A stretch of DNA of 63,916 bases, filler included, from Craspedostauros australis (taxonomy: Eukaryota): assembly GCA_030167865.1 (NCBI GenBank). It is 10 parts of 10 records of this genome, joined end to end, with 100 filler letters (N's around TTAATTAATTAA, not from the genome) between each part and the next. Parts side by side here need not be neighbours in the genome. Positions count along the whole stretch, not along the records: positions 34,368 to 51,067 come from JALAGF010003888.1; positions 51,168 to 57,602 come from JALAGF010003889.1; positions 57,703 to 60,653 come from JALAGF010003890.1; 7 more parts are not named here. One strand, 5' to 3'. Below, one piece after another: positions 46,265 through 58,691 of the stretch (its first letter is position 1; each line of letters opens with the position of its first letter). The notes beneath the pieces are model-generated. The model was given only the letters and a program-made list of their open reading frames with translations, did not search any database and had not been told where the DNA came from. The translations under genes and the position numbers were made by a program.

Positions 46265-47239
46265 CTACTCGTCACCGCCATCAGCCTTGCTGCCGCCGAA
46301 CCACTCAAATCGCGTCATGGACGGCTCGCCGTCCAATTTGGTCGGCAACAGCGAGTCCAACTCGCCCGTGACCTCATTCGGATTGAGCCGCCACGTCTGG
46401 ATGACGAGAGACGCGGCGATGGTGAGCCAGACCAGCTTGATGGACAGCAGCTCGCCCGCCAACGGAACTACCTGATAGTACTGATACGCGGCATTGGCGG
46501 CCGACAGGAACACGGCGCTGACTCCGAGAGCGGCCGCGCCGTAACGCTGCTCCACAGTATTGATGGTGTTCCACACATCGCCAATGCACAGATGCAGGAG
46601 CAATGCGAACGTGGCTGGGTTGCAGTAGCAGTGGGTGGTCTCCAAGACCATGGCCGATGTCGTCGCGCGCAGGGGTGCCACGATGAGCAGCCAGACGATT
46701 GGGAAGACGACGCCGGGCGGCGTCCAGGACGGTCGGATGCGTTCCTCATTGCCCGACATCTCTTGCGTTGAGGGCTTGGGGCGGTTGTTGGACAAGGGGT
46801 TGAAGATGCGCGAGCGAAGGGAGAGGATGTAGAAGAGGCCAATGTTGGCAGCGAATGGGATGCTGTCGAGGTTGAACTGATCGAGGATGAAGACATCGGC
46901 AGCCTTGAAGACGCCGAACATGAGGCTGATTTGGATGATCAGAGCGGAGCCGTACTTGAGCATGGCTTCGGTGTCCACAACCTGATTGGCAGTCGCCTTG
47001 TTGCCATTCGCATTGCGGCGAGCCGATGATGCGGAGGTCGCCTCCAACCGCATTCCATCGCGGGTGGAAAGCGAGGGACCATGGCGCATGGGCTGTGCTT
47101 GCTGCGCCTGCTGATCGCGGATGGAGCTTCTGCTTGGAGCATTCTTGATGACGGACATTGGCTCGAAGGCATCGGTCGTGACCGACAGAGCACCAATGGT
47201 GGCAACTGCCAACGGAAGGATCTGGCTAACTATCTTCAT
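46265..47239 (-). CDS. TSPO: TspO/MBR translocator-family membrane protein with bipartite plastid-targeting presequence
   Basis: RPSWTPPGVVFPIVW signature and several TM helices. Signal peptide ends TDA-FEP (ASAFAP-like) followed by an Arg/Ser-rich transit peptide. Confidence 0.88.
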   Translation of the reverse strand: MKIVSQILPLAVATIGALSVTTDAFEPMSVIKNAPSRSSIRDQQAQQAQPMRHGPSLSTRDGMRLEATSASSARRNANGNKATANQVVDTEAMLKYGSALIIQISLMFGVFKAADVFILDQFNLDSIPFAANIGLFYILSLRSRIFNPLSNNRPKPSTQEMSGNEERIRPSWTPPGVVFPIVWLLIVAPLRATTSAMVLETTHCYCNPATFALLLHLCIGDVWNTINTVEQRYGAAALGVSAVFLSAANAAYQYYQVVPLAGELLSIKLVWLTIAASLVIQTWRLNPNEVTGELDSLLPTKLDGEPSMTRFEWFGGSKADGGDE

Positions 47240-47944
47240 CCTTCTGGCTCTGTTGGGTGTTGAATGTTGAATGTTGAATAAGCAACTTGACTTGGTGGAA
47301 AGTTGATTGGGGGCACTCTACTGTATGAATAGAGAGACAAATGGCAATTCAAGCAGAGAATCCTCCCTCTTGTCGCACCAGCAAGTCACAGAGTTGCTGT
47401 TGCCGTCGCCTCAGACATCATCATCGTGGACATCAGCATGGACATCATGGTGGACATCACCGCAGAGAGCGCAACCATGCTCAGTCGTGTTGTTGGTGAA
47501 TCAGTTCCACAGAAATGAAGATCGTCAGTGCGTGATTCAGATTAAGCGGGATTCGCTACCAAGCAACTAGTAGATTTGAACAACAAAAACTAACGAGTGG
47601 GTCGTAGTAGTAGAGTGGCCCGCACTCCATTGCGCCTCCTACCACTCTGCTCGCCTTTCTGTTACGACTACTCCAGCATAGCAGACTGATGAAATTACTC
47701 TAAACACCATTCTTTTAACGCTAGTGTAACAATTGGGCACAGTATGAGGACGCTGTCGATCGAGGTCTCAGCTAGGCGAGATCGAAGATGCTGTCGACAA
47801 CGAAAAACGAAGAAATGGGATTCGATGACGGCATGCTTGCCTCAGGTGCACCAGGGTGGCAGCAACGCGAGATGGCTGCTAGCTTGCTCTCAAACGAGCC
47901 GTGGCAGCAGTCATAGGAAACTGCGACGGCCACGCGTGGCTACA

Positions 47945-49726
47945 TCACTTTGGCTTCTTGGTCTTGCGGTTGTTGCGGAAAGTCTGTGCCGTCTTCGCCT
48001 GCGCCACGCTATCAGCGACGGTCTCCCATCCAAGCTCTTCGGGCGATGCGCGTTTGAGGAACCTGCCTCCTGATTCCTTCATCTTGTTGATAACGAGAAG
48101 CGTCAGGACAGTCTTCGTCGTTCGGTCCGCAGCGTCGTAGTCCGGCTGAAAGGACCTGATCAGTTCGCGGTGCTTTACGTTGCCTGTGTGGTCGCGGAAC
48201 GGACGACCGCGCCCGAGCAGGACGTCGGCCTCCGTTGGGTACGCCACGTACGCCGGTCTGCCTCCATCTGCTTTCTTCGAATGCACAGGCGACTGCCCTT
48301 TCTCTTGTTGCGATTGCTGCGATTGCCGCTGCTGCTCATGATCGTCGGCTGCGTGCCCTTCCTCCAGTTCTATCCGATGCAGGTAGGCATGAAAGTCAGC
48401 GGTCTTCATGCTGCCATTCTCCGTGAGGAAGAAGCGGTGCTCAGGAATGCCGTAGACCGTGAAGAGCTTGTACTGGCATTCCAAATGCGAGCCGAAATGT
48501 ATGGTCTGCCGCAGACGAATCTCCTTCGGCATTGTCATGATGACGATTCTGTTGAGCGCGGCCATGTTGGAATTGTCGAAGCAGAGGTGGGCAGCACCCA
48601 CGCGCATTGGCAAGGCGTTAATGAGGGTGGGCAGTTTCATGTTGAGCCTCATGTCGAAAATCTTGCTGACGTCCGAATCCACCATGTATCCGATCGCCGT
48701 TATCCCTAGCTTTTGGGTGATGATGTCCCTCTCGAGGTGGTGCATGAGGATGTAGATCATGGCGCGCATCTGACTGCCGACGGTGGTATAGTTGCGAAAA
48801 TTCATGCAGTCCAGCAGCACAGCACGGCCCGCCTTGTCTCGGCAATCGGAGCGAATTTGCAGGGCCCCGGTGGAGGCTGCGTTCCGATCGTCCTCGTTGA
48901 GATCCGCCATCCTGAGAGGACGCGCCAGCTGTTCGTAGCCGAACATCAAGGTCTTTAGGCGGAAGAAGGCCACCATCCTGCGTGCTGCCTTGCGCGGGCA
49001 GAACTCATCGGCACGCAGGAACATGAGCTGGAACTGGTGGTTCTTGACGTACTTGGGCGAGAGGAACGCCGCTTGCTCGTACTCCTGCTTGTCTCGGATG
49101 CGTGCGATTTCGGTCTTCAAAGACTCGATGGAGGATTTGACGAGCCCCGGCGTTTCCTCCTCGGCATCTGCATTCCCGATGATGTCGTTGCGTATCGCAG
49201 TCTGGTCTTGCAGCGACAGATTTCGGAATTCGTCGAGCAAATCGAAGTCGTTGGTGATCATCTTGTGCAGTCCCACGTCCTCGGCCTCGCTTCGTTTGGC
49301 CGTCGCATATCCAAGCCCACCTGCGGCTCGAGGTCCACCTGCATGCGCATGCACAACCGGAAATGCGCCCTGGATCCCCGAGATGGTCTGCTTGGGCTTC
49401 GAGCTGTTCGACACGACGGCCGTGTTGGCATGCGCGGGAGGTGTCTGCGCAGACGGCATGCAGAAGAACCGCGTCGAATCGGAGCTCACGCTGCTGTTGC
49501 AATCATCGAGGGAGAAGCAGGTGCGTTTGGCGCCGTACGCATCAAACGGGGACGCCGCCCTTTCCACGAACACTGTGGACGGAGGACCTTCCGGTGATTG
49601 CGCTTCGTGCCGTCTGGCCAGGATATCGACGCCATCTTCAGCATCGCCCGGTCTCTGCTGTGGTTGCGGCGACGGACCATTCACGCTTTCGCGTTGATGG
49701 ATCAAATCCAGCAACCGACGCTTCAT
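47945..49726 (-). CDS. CRAL-TRIO (Sec14-like) domain + C-terminal DUF6824 protein
   Basis: LMFLRADEFCPRKAARRM, RDKAGRAVL, LPMRVGAAHLC; C-terminal PTEADVLLGRG...HTGN...GGRFLK...W...KTAQTFRN. Confidence 0.85.
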   Translation of the reverse strand: MKRRLLDLIHQRESVNGPSPQPQQRPGDAEDGVDILARRHEAQSPEGPPSTVFVERAASPFDAYGAKRTCFSLDDCNSSVSSDSTRFFCMPSAQTPPAHANTAVVSNSSKPKQTISGIQGAFPVVHAHAGGPRAAGGLGYATAKRSEAEDVGLHKMITNDFDLLDEFRNLSLQDQTAIRNDIIGNADAEEETPGLVKSSIESLKTEIARIRDKQEYEQAAFLSPKYVKNHQFQLMFLRADEFCPRKAARRMVAFFRLKTLMFGYEQLARPLRMADLNEDDRNAASTGALQIRSDCRDKAGRAVLLDCMNFRNYTTVGSQMRAMIYILMHHLERDIITQKLGITAIGYMVDSDVSKIFDMRLNMKLPTLINALPMRVGAAHLCFDNSNMAALNRIVIMTMPKEIRLRQTIHFGSHLECQYKLFTVYGIPEHRFFLTENGSMKTADFHAYLHRIELEEGHAADDHEQQRQSQQSQQEKGQSPVHSKKADGGRPAYVAYPTEADVLLGRGRPFRDHTGNVKHRELIRSFQPDYDAADRTTKTVLTLLVINKMKESGGRFLKRASPEELGWETVADSVAQAKTAQTFRNNRKTKKPK

Positions 49727-51331
49727 TGGATCGTCTCTTCGCTCCTGCCTGCTGTGATGCTATTGCGAGTCTCTTGCGACGCTTCTGCTCTGCTTCTGCT
49801 GTCACTGCCGTACGAGTACTGGATGAGTACTGGACGAGTACTGGACGAGAACTGACCGATCTATGCTTTTGCTGGAACAGATCCGATGCCGCGACCAGAC
49901 TCCAGAAGATGCTGCTGAGGGACGAAGAGCGAACCCAGGCATGCGTGTGCAGATAGCAAGAAGGCAAGAGAGGAAGTGGTGAAGTACGACTACGCCCTAC
50001 AATCTGCGCGTATCGAAGGCAGAAGATGAGTAGAGCACTCTCGAGAGGGTGTTGCACGACCTACTATACGAACACCCCGAAGGCGTTCCTGTGTGCGTCG
50101 CAGATGTGTCACCTACCGTTGCGCATTCGTGGGCTCCCCCAGTTGTTGCGTTGCGTCTTCCGCGCTGAACTCCTGTGTCAACTGGGAGTGAGCAAACCTC
50201 CCTTGCGCGAGTGGCCTCTTGGGCACAAAGACACACAGGGACACAGACACACAGGCGCAAAATGCCCACGCCACCCTCAAACTTCTCGTTCTGGGACGAT
50301 CTACCACACACCCGACAGCGTCCCATGCGATTGTGGCGCTTTGGCAGGAAGCATCATCCCAGCACACCTATTCACTGACATCAAATGGAAATACGCTGCG
50401 ATGACAATGTTCTGAGAGTGGATTGTGTTACTCTTTCTCTCACTCTCTCACTCTCTCCATCAGCTTGTCGTTTGACTGCATATTTCTGTTATATTTCCTA
50501 GTCAAATTTCGCTCGATAGGGCTTACCTCTGTTGCCGTATGAATACAGACAGTGTGCTTCTCATTCGTGTTCAGCTGGCGCCAGAACTTAAAAACACACG
50601 AGCACAATGCTCGGAAGTGTGTTTAGTGTCCGCGGAAGTCTGGACTTGCATCAGGTATGTTGTTGATGTCTGATTCTCTGCGGCGTGTTTTCCTCTTGTT
50701 CTCTTTTCACGTTCTGACAGCCAAGTGAAGCGATCCCATGACTCAATCGCGAGTGTTGGTCGTATACGCTAGTGTCTTTTGGCTTGGGTGGAGGCCAATT
50801 TTTTTGGTAACCATTGGTAAAAATTGGTAACTAGTCGTATGAGTCAATTTCGCCGTAGACGCTGGTACATTTTGTACGTCAGTCCCACTCGAAGCGGCCC
50901 AAAAAACACCTTTTCTGCCACAAACCTCCTCGGCAAGTTCATGCCGCTCCTTTTGTTTGAGCTCTCCTTTTGTGAGCATTCGTATGTGTGGCTTTTAATC
51001 ACCCTCTCCAAGTTTGGCGGCGATTGGATGGGTAGTTGTCGAGATCTGCTCGTTTCTCTGGAGCAGGNNNNNNNNNNNNNNNNNNNNNNNNNNNNNNNNN
51101 NNNNNNNNNNNTTAATTAATTAANNNNNNNNNNNNNNNNNNNNNNNNNNNNNNNNNNNNNNNNNNNNACCCTCCTCAACAGACACAAGAGAGCCACTCGG
51201 GCACTCAAGCAATCATCGAAGTAGTCATTGGACAAGTCATCGAAATATTCATTGAAGTGGCCATCGAAGCAACCGATCGAGCGTTCACCCCAGTTAACCA
51301 ACGACCGAAGCAACCGTTGAATCAAGCAATC

Positions 51332-52645
51332 ATGGCGCCAGCATCAAAAGTAGCAGCCCTGCAGAGATCCGGCCGCTTTTGGTTCTTTGTGGCCGTGATG
51401 GGAGGCTTCCTCCTCTCATCGCACTCGCAACAGAACATGCTCAATGTCACATTACAAACAGCAATGGAGACATACTCGTCCTGTGGCTTTCAGTCCATCG
51501 CGGCAGAAGCAAAGGAACAAGTCGACGAGATCGTGCAAGTGCAAGTGGAAGAGGCCAACGTGGAAGAAGCCAACGTGGAGGAAGAATCCAACGTGGAGGA
51601 ACAAGCCAACGTGGAAGAAGTCGAGGAGGAACAAGCCACCACGGAAGAAGCCACCACGGAAGAAAGCGAGAATCCAATCGACACCACCCTCATCATCATC
51701 ACCTCGCTGATTCCCACGCATCCATCGTTGCGCATCATCAACCAAACCATCGCGTCGCTTCAGCTCTTGCAAGGCCTGCCCAGAAACTCGCCATTGTTCA
51801 TTGCCATTGACAAACCGTCCAAGGAAAAGCAGCCGGGAGACCTCGATCGGTTGCGACAGTACATCGACAACCTTAATCGGACGTACGGCATTCTCGATCA
51901 CGTCACGCTCATCGAGGCGACGGAACACGTCGGCATCTCGGGCAACATCAAGCAGGCGCTCGATCGGGTACAGACCAAGTACCTCTACGTGATTCAGCAT
52001 GATTTTGCGTTCGCCCGACCTATCAACCACACAGGGACGATTCAGGCCATGGAGCAGTATCCCAAAGACATGCGCATCGTGCGTTTCAACAAACGTTCCA
52101 ACTTCCCGGCCGGAGTGGACAAGGGAGATTGCTTCGCGATGGAGACGCCTGTGGACAACGCCAACGGATTGCATTTCACCAAAACGCAGGGGTGGTCGGA
52201 TAAGTGAGTCATGTCGTATGAATCTGCATTTTTATGCATGTGCACGGTGGATGTGGACGTGAATAACTGGATGCACCGTGGATGCAACTCAGTTGCCAAG
52301 GTGGGACTACAATGGTTGCGACTTTCAATGGGCGGATTTTCTTCATTGCATCTCACAACAATCCTTTCCTCATGTCTCGCTATTCGCATCAATGTCGCTA
52401 TTCGAACCTGCAGCAATCATCTCACCACGAAAGAATACTACGGGGACGCATTCGGTTTCTTCTACAAATTCTTCTCTGATAAGGGCAAAAAGATCAACTA
52501 TGGAAGACCGATGGAGTGGGTGATGATGCCAGTGGCGGCAGACAATTGCACCGTGTGGGGACCGCATCTGTATGGTGCGAAGGGAGAACCACCGACTCTC
52601 CTGCATCTCGACGGTCGCAATACGCAGCAGTCAGAGGGACGATAG
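51332..52645 (+). CDS. Type II membrane GT-A-fold glycosyltransferase-like protein; intron 52204-52413
   Basis: N-terminal TM FWFFVAVMGGFLL, acidic stem (EEANV repeats), TTLIIITS.IPTHPS and KYLYVIQHDFAF; spliced GWSDNNHL; WGPHLYG...HLDGR. Confidence 0.78.
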
Positions 52646-53368
52646 AGCACCACTGATTACGGATATGCGCATCCAAAAGGAAACGGAACGATGCGGTCCA
52701 ACAACAGTCAGCTTGGAGGTTGTGCGCAAGCATGCACCAATCGCCTCTCATGGTGTCTGATGAGGACGGCCTCGGCCACTACGAGCTACGCGTGCATGAT
52801 ATGACCGCCCGCACATATACGCCCATGATGACTCTTGAATCATGGAGGGAGACACAACGATGGTTGGGCTCAATGACGACGGCAAATCAAGGCATCATCG
52901 CTGCCAGCAATTCCTGCGAGGCGTAATCGAGAATGGAATCCAAGTTTCGGTGGAGCATGGCCGATTGGATTGCTCCGATGGTGCGTCCAAAGATGCATGA
53001 AACTGTGGCTGTTGCGAACGACCACCCCAATTGGGAGTTGTTCGCACATAATAATATACTATTAATATATTTTATGTATGTGCTCGGTCATCAAGTCGAA
53101 GCGCAAACGCAACGATCGTCGCCGCGAGACAATCTCAGTTGTGGATACCTCCACGTCCAGTTTTGAACGACTCTGGTGCAGACCGCTACGTTTCAACCCA
53201 ATCAGGAAGCACCTCACAAAGTCCGCAACCAGCGGCGGTTCTTCACAGAACAACCGAATACTCACTCAAGATACATTCAACAAGGAAGTTGAAACCGAAA
53301 TAGCGGCTAATACATATTTATTCACAGACACTAGTATCATCGAGTGAGGCGGATGCGGATGCAACGAC

Positions 53369-55867
53369 CTACGCGAGCTTGAAGACACCGGAACCGTTGT
53401 TGATGGCGTAGAAGGTATCGGCGAACACCAAGGAAAGGACAGCCATCAGCTTCATCACAATGTTGAGGGCTGGTCCGGAAGTATCCTTGAATGGATCTCC
53501 AACAGTGTCGCCAACAACGGCGGCCTTGTGGATGTCGGATCCCTTTCCTTTCAGTTCGGAGTCCGGGGACTGCTTCTCGATGTACTTCTTCGCGTTGTCC
53601 CACGCACCTCCGGAGTTGGACATGGAGATGGCCAATTGGACGGAGGCGATGAGGGAACCGACGAGGAGTCCGGAGACGGCGGTGACACCGAAGAAGATAC
53701 CGGTGAGGAGCGGGGTGAAGATGACCATGGCGCCTGGTGGGACCATCTCCTTGAGGGAGGCGTTGGTGGAGATGGCGATGCAGGCATCGTAGTCTGGGCG
53801 CTCGGTTGGGTTCTCGTCCAACAAGTGTGGCTTCTCGTCGAATTGACGCTGGACCTCCATGACCATCTCCATGGCGGCAAGACCGACGGACTTCATGGTC
53901 ATGGCGGCGAAGGCGAATGGGATCATTCCTCCGCAGATCAGGAAGGCGAAGGTGAGTGGCTCGAGCATGTTGACACCGTTAGCGAAGAGGGCATCCTCAG
54001 AGGAGTGACGGATACGGGTGACGAAGGCACCGAAGAGGGCAAGGGAGACGAGGGCGGCAGATCCGATGGCGAATCCCTTTCCGATGGCAGCGGTGGTGTT
54101 TCCGGCGGCATCGAGGGCATCAGTCTTTTCGCGGACGCTTGGGTGGAGCTCGGCCATCTCGGCGATTCCTGTAGAGCGGAAAAAGCGCCACGAAGGTGTT
54201 CGTTATTGTAGTTGCAGTAGATCGCGGATACGCCATTGGCAAACACGGCCACCGAGAGAATTGCGTTTCGAATTGCCGACGAGGCAGAAGGAATAGATGC
54301 GAGGAATGGTGAGCGTTCTGACACGAGCGATACCATTGCGGTCTGTGCATAAGCGCACGCACGCAAAACGAGTCGATCCGCCGAAACCAACAGAAACAGC
54401 AATCGTGAACGTACCTCCGGCATTGTCACAGACTGGTCCGTAAACATCGATGGTCAATCCAGTGGCGAGGTTGGAGAGGAAGCCGATGGCGGCGAGGGCA
54501 ACTCCGTACATGTCGCACAAGTCGAAGGCGGCGTAGATGACAAGGGCCAGGACAAGGACTGGGATGATGGCGGACTTGAATCCGAGGGCGATTCCGTAGA
54601 TCATGTTGGTGGCGGCGCCGGTCTTGCAGCTGTTGGCGACCTCGCGGACTGGGGCGTAGGAGTGGGAAGTGTAGTACTCGGTGACGAGTCCGATGATGAG
54701 GCCTCCGAATGCACCCATGATGACGCAGGAAGCAGCCTGGATTGGATTAAGGGTGAGGACCTTGGTTCCGACGACAGCCTGGAGCTCGAACTCGTCTGGG
54801 AGGAAGTGCTTGGCGGCGAGGATGACGGCTGGGACCATGACGACGGTAGTGCTGATGAGCTGGACCTTGAGGGCGCTCTCGACGTCGGACTCGGCCTTGA
54901 CGGGCTTGATGTGGGTGGCGATGAAGGAGCAGAGGAGGCAGACGAAGATACCGACGGCGGAGACGATAATTGGGAAGACCATACCGTCCCATCCGGCGGA
55001 GCTCTGTCCGATGCTGCTTCCGATGACGAGAGCGGCGCAAGTGGACTCGGCGAAGGATCCGAAGAGATCGGATCCCATACCGGCGACATCTCCGACGTTG
55101 TCACCGACGTTGTCGGCGATGGTGGCTGGGTTGCGTGGATCATCCTCTGGGATTCCGTGGACGACCTTTCCGACCAAATCGGCTCCGACATCGGCGGCCT
55201 TGGTGTAGATACCACCACCGACACGTCCGAACATGGCAATGACGGATCCTCCGAGACCGTATCCGGTGATGCACTCAGTGAGGTAGAGCCAGTCGGCTGG
55301 TTCGGAGTACTTGATGCGGAAGAGGAGGAGGGTTCCGTAGAGCATGATCATTCCAAGACCGCAGAGGGCGAATCCCATGACGGCTCCGGCGCGGAAGGCG
55401 GTGTTGAAGCAGGCGGTCCATCCTGGCTGCTGGGCAGAGACGGTGGTGCGGACGTTGGAGTAGACGGCGACCTTCATGCCCAAGTATCCACTGGCCATGG
55501 AGGTGAAGGCACCGAGAAGGAAGCTGACGGCGGTGAAGGAACCCTGGACGACGTCGGAGGAGCCCCAGGACACGAGAGCGAGGATGATGACAGCGAAGAC
55601 GATGACGAACCAGAAGCAGACGGTGTACTCGGCGCGGAGGAAGGATTCGGCTCCCTCGTAGATGGCCTCGTAAATCTCATTGAGACGAGTGGTGGTGGTC
55701 TCATCGTCTCCGTTGGAGAGAAGGCCGGATTCTTCTCCCTCGGGTCCTCCTCCGGAGCGGATTGGGATCTTGGAGATGATATGGAACTGTGCGAGGGCCC
55801 AAAGCAGGGCGACCACGCTAGCTGCGACGATCAGCACAGTGGCTGGTGACTGTGATCCCAATGTCAT
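53369..55867 (-). CDS. VP1: Vacuolar-type H+-translocating pyrophosphatase (K+-stimulated type I); intron 54169-54414; N-terminus uncertain
   Basis: [44 protein letters not shown]; spliced [39 protein letters not shown] and [14 protein letters not shown]. Confidence 0.96.
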
Positions 55868-58691
55868 GGTTGTTGCAATACCAATTGCGGTTTTGTTAGT
55901 TTTGTTGGTGGTGTCGGTTGTTGTTGGTTGGTCAGGTGTGATGACGAACATTGGTGTCGCATTGATCATGAATTGGGCACATTCGACGATGTGCGCGATT
56001 GTGCATGTGTCCCATCATGCGTGTCACATTTTGTGATTCATGGTTCGTCGTTTCGGAAGCAGAAATGAGCCAATTTGACGAGGGGTTGATGATGACGACA
56101 ATAATGACGGTTGAGGATTACGGCGGTGCATGATTGGACGACGCAGAGTGCATTGTATTGTATTGCATCGTATTGTATGCATGACATTGCGTTTGTGTTG
56201 CATCGGATCGTGTGAATAGACGATGCGAATGTATGCGACGACCGTTGGATTGGATTTGCAATGCGGGTCGACGGAAGATCCGATATGGTGAATGTATTTC
56301 GGCACATGGATGAGTTGAGATGAAGGTGTACGGAGGCAGAAGTGAATCATGGACAGAGCAGCGGATACATTGAATTGCGTGATGGCGTGGCCGTTGGTAT
56401 GTGCGAGTGACGAGGGATTGGGCAAGAGAGTTGAGGTGAGAAAGATAGATATCATTTTTGCGATGTTGCGTAACTGTGGCTTCTCGGCTTCGCTTCGGCA
56501 ATGACGATCGTCATGATGGCCACGCTGCTCTGATCCATGGCTTGATGCATCTGTTGATCCATGCATGAACGAATGAACGAATGAACGGATGACGACCATT
56601 GTTGCATGCGCTACGGAGCGTTGCTGCGCCGCGACAAATGACAGTTGGCATTGACACGACAGGCGTCAAGAGAGCGATAATGACGACGGCGCCATGGTCG
56701 AGATCCACGATCCGTCTTTGGCGCGTCCGTTTCCGCCCAGTTGACACCACCGCCGTTGCTGGTGCTCAACATGGTCTGCGGCGAGCTCTTTTCTCGCAAA
56801 AGGGGGAGACGCGAGAGGACACGTACCATTCCGAGGATCATGGTGGCAGGTTGAGTTGTGCTCGAAGTCGAGTTTGTGAGGATTGACGTAAGACCGATCT
56901 CTGCAGTGTGGATGGATACGGAAGGTGCTGCCAATGCAAATGCGGTGGTTGCTGCATTTGCCTCCTCGCAATCCGCAAAGGAAGATCCGTCGGAAGATTG
57001 CAGCCAGGGCAGCCAATCAGACAGCGTGGGATGACACGGTGAAGCCATGATGCGACCGTTTTTGGTGTGGTTTTCGGTTGGGCTTCGATTTTCCCTCGCA
57101 GGCGTGTGAGCAAGTGTGTGCGCGTGTGTTCTGGGAGCAGGGGAAATAGTCGTCGCTCAAAAAAAAAGGCTGTTTTTATGCACTTGTTCACGAGCATTTC
57201 CCCGCATCAGACTGATACGACCAATGCTGTCAGGACGATGCAAAAAACACGCAAGTGGTATCGATAGTACTCCAATGGGAGTTGTTGTTGGCGTTTGTGC
57301 TCCTTGGTTTTGGTGGCGCCTACTGTGGTCGTTTGGTTCTGCGTTGGTTTCTGCGTCGTTCATGTCCTTCACACAGCACCGAGTGTTTCTCGGCGTTGGA
57401 CCCGCTTTCGTTGTCATCCGACGGGCGCGACACCCACAGTCATGCATTCGGTGTCTCTGTTCCATGCACGCAAATCGCCAACACAAATAGAGGAATCACC
57501 TGCTCGTGGTTCCTGGTCATCCTTCTGTGAACTCACAAGCGTGCGCTTGCTGTCTCGTTTCTGTGTCATTTGCCGTGCCAGGTTGCAGTCCATTTTGCGG
57601 TGNNNNNNNNNNNNNNNNNNNNNNNNNNNNNNNNNNNNNNNNNNNNTTAATTAATTAANNNNNNNNNNNNNNNNNNNNNNNNNNNNNNNNNNNNNNNNNN
57701 NNGCGGTGGAATTGCCTCCACACAAGTCCGCAAGCATTATTGCTGGCTCACGGAGAAGAATCGACATTTATGGCAACCATCGAAGAGGCGATCATCCAAG
57801 CCCCAAAACGCACCCAAGAAGGAAGCCTGGCGACACTCGCCAAGGCCGAACGCTTCTCAAGTCGGACCATCTGGACGAACAGCGAATAGTACGTGGTGCA
57901 GCAGAAGATAAATGGCTCTTCCGATCGATAATGAGTGGTTCATGGACACTTATCATCGCTGATTGTCGAGTGTCGCGAAATGTTATGTTGGATCGTGAAA
58001 GTGCACGGTTTGGTGGTAGGGTTAAGGATGACGTACAAGAGGGCGTTTGAATCTAACCCCTGCGTTCACAAATGATACGCTTTGGAGTTCTAGCAATCTT
58101 CGTGACGTTTGAAAGTTCTTCAACCGACGGCGGAATTTTGGCTTTGTGAATCATGTGCCGTGCTTGTCGTGAAGTTTCTGGAGTGCTATTTCGGTCATTC
58201 ATCTTGCGTTCCACGATTCCGTGTTGTTTGTGCGTGTTGTTTGTGCGCTTTGTGTTGTTGTCACGAGTAGATGCACAACGGTTGCAGAAAAGCCGCCACC
58301 AACATGGACTCTTGTGTTGTCTTGCGTTGTGTGTGGTGAAGTAATTGTAATTGTGCTGCTTTGCGTGGATGAAGATGATGATCGGATGTTGCGATGTTGT
58401 AACACTTGTATCGACGAGAGACCTCTCTGTGCTGAGAAGCGAACATGGACATGAACCGTGGATGTGTGCGTGGCTGGCGTAGCATTTGTACCATGTGTGC
58501 ACGCACAAGTATGTAGCATTGCCATGAGAGCATTATCGGATCGTCGCTCACTTTGTTGTCTTTCATTTTCATTCTTCACATCCATCCAACAAACATCCTC
58601 ATAAAACCCAAATTGAGAGCAAACCCAAGTCACACTCATCACAAGACAAGTACTCACTCTAACATTGCAAAGTGTTATTATCATAATCAGT

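Noticed and set aside
54662..55849. 395-aa antisense ORF (and similar shadows at 53528-54211, 18711-19346, 19350-20090, 13584-14561)
   Set aside because: Shadow ORFs from codon bias of real genes on the opposite strand; no motifs.
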